Positions 61,666 through 64,000 of a stretch of 64,000 nucleotides of DNA are shown piece by piece. Positions within the stretch are counted from its first letter, which is position 1; every line of letters starts with the position of its first letter. Origin of the DNA: an uncultured Ruficoccus sp. (GTDB lineage Bacteria > Verrucomicrobiota > Verrucomicrobiia > Opitutales > Cerasicoccaceae); assembly GCA_965140785.1 (NCBI GenBank), contig OZ223481.1:576001-640000 (forward strand). The letters run 5' to 3'. The position numbers and the translations under genes are program-made. Under the pieces are notes generated by a model. That model did not search any database, was not told where the DNA came from, and saw only the letters and a list, made by a program, of their open reading frames with translations.

Positions 61666-63388
61666 TCAGGGCAGGTTGTCCTGGATTTTCTTGCGAACGC
61701 GCTTTTCCTGTTCTTCGAGCTGGAGTTGGCTCAAGGTGGACTGCCAGGTTTCGGCCTGAGAGGTTTCGCCGGTGCGGTGGGCGGTCTCGATAGCGGCGGC
61801 ATAGTAGGTGGTGAGGGCGGCTGGGGTATCCTCGGCCAGATCGATAAGATACTCGTATACGTCGAGGGCTTTCCGGCCTTCGCCCACCGATTCCAGGAAG
61901 GCTCCGATCTCGTAGTAGAGGCTCCACTGACTGACGCTCAGCTCCGGCTCGTCCAGCCAGGGTTCGAGCATTTCCATCGCCTTGTTATGGGAGCCGCGCA
62001 TCTGGTACTGGCGGGCCAGGGAAAAAGCCAGCGCGAGGCCGTGGAGCTTGCGGTTCTCCTCGATGCCATAGACGAAGGCGTCCTCGTACTGCTTGTCGGC
62101 GCGCATGAGCTTCATCTTGCGCAGGACGACGTACTGGGACAGCTCGTCCGGCTGGTTCTCCATCTGGCTGAGCTGGGCGTCGAGGTCGGTCTTGAAGGGC
62201 TGGTAGAGCGGGTCGCCGACGAAGACGGTCATCCAGCTCAGGACGGGTAGCGAATAGTAGGCGGCCTCGCCCGCGCACATACCGCGTACGGCCATGCCCT
62301 CCATAAAGAGATTGGGGCGGTGGGTCAGTTGCAGGTAGGGCTCGTAGAAATTTCCGACAGTGATGGCGGCTCCGCGGTCGATGAGCGGGCCTGTCCAGCG
62401 GTTCTGCGGGTGGCGCATGCCGGAGGCCGAGAAGCTGTGGATGTGAAACGCGATGGCACCGGGCGGGAAGCGGAAGTCCGGATCGGCAAAGACGCCGAAC
62501 GCATTCGTGCTCCACCAGCCGAAGTAAAAGGCGGCGGCATCGACGCGGTTTTTCCAGTTGATGAGTGGTTTTTCCTTGTCCCAGCTAACCGGGTAGCCCA
62601 GGCGTTCGATAAACTTGCCGGCCTGCTCGATCCACCGGTCACCGTCTCCGTGGGGGGCCGCCCATGTCGATGTAGCCGCGTCCGCGCAGGCCGAGGCGTT
62701 CACCTTCCAGGGCCGAGTCGATGCTGCGCTTGACCGCTTCGAAGCCGGGGCCGTCGAGCCGGGCCACTTTGACGATGGCCTCCTCGTTGATTTTGGGCAG
62801 GTTAAATTTGCCAAACAGAGGATTGGAGACGAAGCCGATGGTGGGCGTGTCATTTTGCATGAGCAGGCTCAGCTCACTGTCTACCGTGCCGCTGTTGACC
62901 CGGAATTCACGCTTGGAGGGGGGATTCTCGGCCCGTGCCAGGCGCGCGCTGTCCCGGCGGATGCCGGTCGGCAGTCGGCACAGGACGAGGAAGTCGATGT
63001 TGTTGCTGGCCAAGGCAGCCTGAATGCGTCCTTCGCTGTCCGTCTGGCTGCTGAGGGTGCCGCTGAGCCAGTCCTGCTCCACCAACTGGCGGCGGAGGGG
63101 GTTGTAAATCGTGGCGATAAAGTCGTCCCAACTGATCTGCTCTTCGGTTGTCGTCTCCAGTTCGATCAGGTTCTTCTCCGGGATGCCGCGCTGCTCCATG
63201 TAGTAGCGGGCTATTTGTTCGGAGACCGGATCGGCGGAGTTGGCGACCACGACCACGCGCTCGGGGGAGACGTCAGCCTGGGCGAGCGCGATTGAAAATA
63301 CCCACGCCAGCAAACCGATAATAAAGGACAATCCAAAACGGAGGTGAATGGGCGGGCAAATATGTCGGATGGGAGCGGTGCGCGTCAT
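61666..63388 (-). CDS. TIGR03790-like protein (one frameshift in a G6 run near 62652)
   Basis: VVVVAN..S..IARYY, VDSEL, VARLDGP, then YFGW, GAIAFHIHSFSA, GNFYEPYL, VGDPLYQPF. Confidence 0.82.
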
Positions 63389-63443
63389 GAGCAGGTCAGC
63401 TAAAGGCGAGGATTGCGATGGAAGATTTTTTGAAGACTCCGCC

Positions 63444-63818
63444 CTAAACCCGGGCAGTCAGTCCGGCGAGTTTGAGGCCGACGACGACCGCGATCAGCGT
63501 CAGGATGAGGTTCAGAGCAATGTTGGCGATTGCGCCGAAGGTGTTGCCCTCCTTGAACAGGGCGATGGTCTGGTAGCTGAAGGTGGAGAAAGTGGTCAGT
63601 GCGCCGCAGAAACCGGTCGTCAGCATGATACGCAGGTTCGGGCTGAGGTGGTGAAAGGCCTCCAGACCGAAAATAAAGCCGATGAGGAGGGAGCCGAGCA
63701 CGTTGACCACGAGGGTCGCCCACGGGTACTCGGTGGGAATCCAGATGCCGATAACCGCGCGGCAGACGGCCCCGAGGGCGCCGCCCAGGGCGATCCAGAT
63801 GAAATGCACGGCATTCAC
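63444..63818 (-). CDS. crcB: Fluoride channel Fluc/CrcB
   Basis: GGALGAVCR, PWATLVVN, TGFCGALTTFSTF. Confidence 0.93.
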   Translation of the reverse strand: MNAVHFIWIALGGALGAVCRAVIGIWIPTEYPWATLVVNVLGSLLIGFIFGLEAFHHLSPNLRIMLTTGFCGALTTFSTFSYQTIALFKEGNTFGAIANIALNLILTLIAVVVGLKLAGLTARV

Positions 63819-63828
63819 GACGACAAAC

Positions 63829-64000
63829 TTATCCCTTCCCGCGAAGGATATTGAGCTTCTTCTGGTACAGCAGGATGCCTTCCACCAGCGCGTCGGCAAG
63901 TTTATCCCGCGCCTCGGCGGTTTTGAGGCGCTCGGCCTCGGTGGGATTGGAGAGGAAGCCGCCCTCGACGAGGACGCCGGGGCAGTTCAGGTCGCGCAGC
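63829..64000 (-). CDS. N-acetylmuramoyl-L-alanine amidase (Amidase_3), 3' end
   Basis: Hand translation LRDLNCPGVLVEGGFLSNPTEA...LADALVEGI. Confidence 0.85.
   Translation of the reverse strand, partial: LRDLNCPGVLVEGGFLSNPTEAERLKTAEARDKLADALVEGILLYQKKLNILRGKG

Noticed and set aside
62640..62660. Phase variation of the TIGR03790-like gene
   Set aside because: A single extra G in a G6 run, which is short for a contingency tract and matches the error pattern elsewhere

Overview
Bacterial chromosomal DNA, probably Verrucomicrobiota/Opitutales (inferred from four PEP-CTERM-type proteins, three prepilin-type proteins, a TIGR03790-like gene and sulfatases). About 59.6 kb is accessory DNA stacked downstream of a minus-strand tRNA-Gly(CCC) at 59609-59683. 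Only 59.9-64 kb looks like core genome. (1) 32401-59654 is a ~27.3-kb integrative element bounded by a 46-bp tRNA-Gly direct repeat. It encodes a tyrosine integrase, an excisionase, an 829-aa family B DNA polymerase with primer-independent PolB (piPolB) motifs, a DUF932/PD-(D/E)XK operon, a nucleotidyltransferase pair and a low-GC sugar-catabolism cargo, so it is called a pipolin. It carries two copies of a bipartite cis-element (a hairpin whose loop is flipped between copies, plus a 19-mer about 90 bp away) and a SEL1 gene between ~105-bp direct repeats. (2) 1-32400 looks like older tandem island material: a copy of the same integrase arm lies outside the att core, and there is a tRNA 5' half, a second integrase, and integrase and relaxase remnants. 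(3) Three independent carbohydrate loci share one architecture: PEP-CTERM protein + prepilin-type protein + LacI/XylR regulator + CAZymes/sulfatases, with no SusC/D. Several frameshifts are single-base homopolymer indels, probably sequencing errors. All family calls come from motif recognition by eye, not database searches.
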